Positions 63,821 to 64,000 of a stretch of 64,000 nucleotides of DNA are shown in pieces (position 1 is the first letter of the stretch; the number at the start of each line of letters is the position of its first letter). The notes below the pieces were generated by a model. That model did no database searches. It was not told the origin of the DNA and worked only from the letters and a program-made list of their open reading frames with translations. The position numbers and the translations under genes are program-made. The stretch lies in contig DASXUC010000026.1 of NCBI GenBank assembly GCA_036505015.1, positions 4,229 to 68,228 of the forward strand, read 5' to 3'. The stretch is from a bacterium. Its GTDB lineage: Bacteria; Sysuimicrobiota; Sysuimicrobiia; Sysuimicrobiales; Kaftiobacteriaceae.

Positions 63821-64000
63821 ATGCCCCTCCCGATTCCATCGTTCTTCGATCCGGCAAAGGTCGGCCTGGTGTGGCGCGTCAGCTACCAGGAACGCGCGGC
63901 CCAGGCCGCGGCGTGGGCGGAGGGTCACCACGTGCGGCCAGCCGCCGCCGACGCGGTGCGCCTCTGCCTGATTGCCGTCGACGTCCAGAACACCTTCTGT
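63821..64000 (+). CDS. Isochorismatase/nicotinamidase-family cysteine hydrolase (5' partial, runs off the window)
   Basis: Hand translation gives [25 protein letters not shown]...[13 protein letters not shown]. The [10 protein letters not shown] motif is typical of this family. Open to the window end. Confidence 0.6.
   Translation, partial: MPLPIPSFFDPAKVGLVWRVSYQERAAQAAAWAEGHHVRPAAADAVRLCLIAVDVQNTFC

Overview
High-GC (about 65-70%), densely coded bacterial chromosomal segment with no rRNA, CRISPR array, transposase or integrase. The minus-strand gene order clpC-radA-yacL-ispDF-cysS-rlmB-sigH, with a very Bacillus-like SigH, suggests a high-GC Bacillota-type lineage. Content from left to right: (1) uspA and mntH. 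(2) A compact aerobic respiration island at 3.3-13.6 kb: type-1 cupredoxin, cytochrome b fused to cytochrome c, Rieske protein, a C-terminal-CxxCH cytochrome, two paralogous cupredoxins with an unusual CuA-like motif, DoxX, two unknown membrane proteins, and an aa3-type oxidase with two subunit-III paralogs. (3) Tandem TMEM175-type channel genes and a MarC gene. (4) A lower-GC methyltransferase abutting tRNA-Thr(UGU). (5) A liv-type ABC transporter with an acyl-CoA/3-hydroxybutyrate lipid-metabolism cluster and a TetR regulator. (6) moaA. (7) The sigH-to-clpC housekeeping block and greA. (8) coaX, birA, two deoxynucleoside kinases, folK and folB. (9) A histidine-utilisation pathway (hutH, hutU, hutI) completed by a split, folate-dependent FtcD (formimidoyltransferase plus cyclodeaminase). 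(10) tldD/pmbA. The most striking signal not explained by genes is a dispersed family of short-period tandem arrays (7 nt, locally 8-9 nt). Many are organised as inverted arms (long hairpins). They fill many of the non-trivial intergenic gaps and bleed into annotated ORF ends. Other notable items are the CuA-like cupredoxin pair, a terminator hairpin inside the greA leader, a consensus promoter with an operator-like palindrome in front of an unknown Cys-rich ORF, and a 600-bp GC-rich non-coding gap. Many long ORFs in the track are antisense or high-GC artefacts and are not called.
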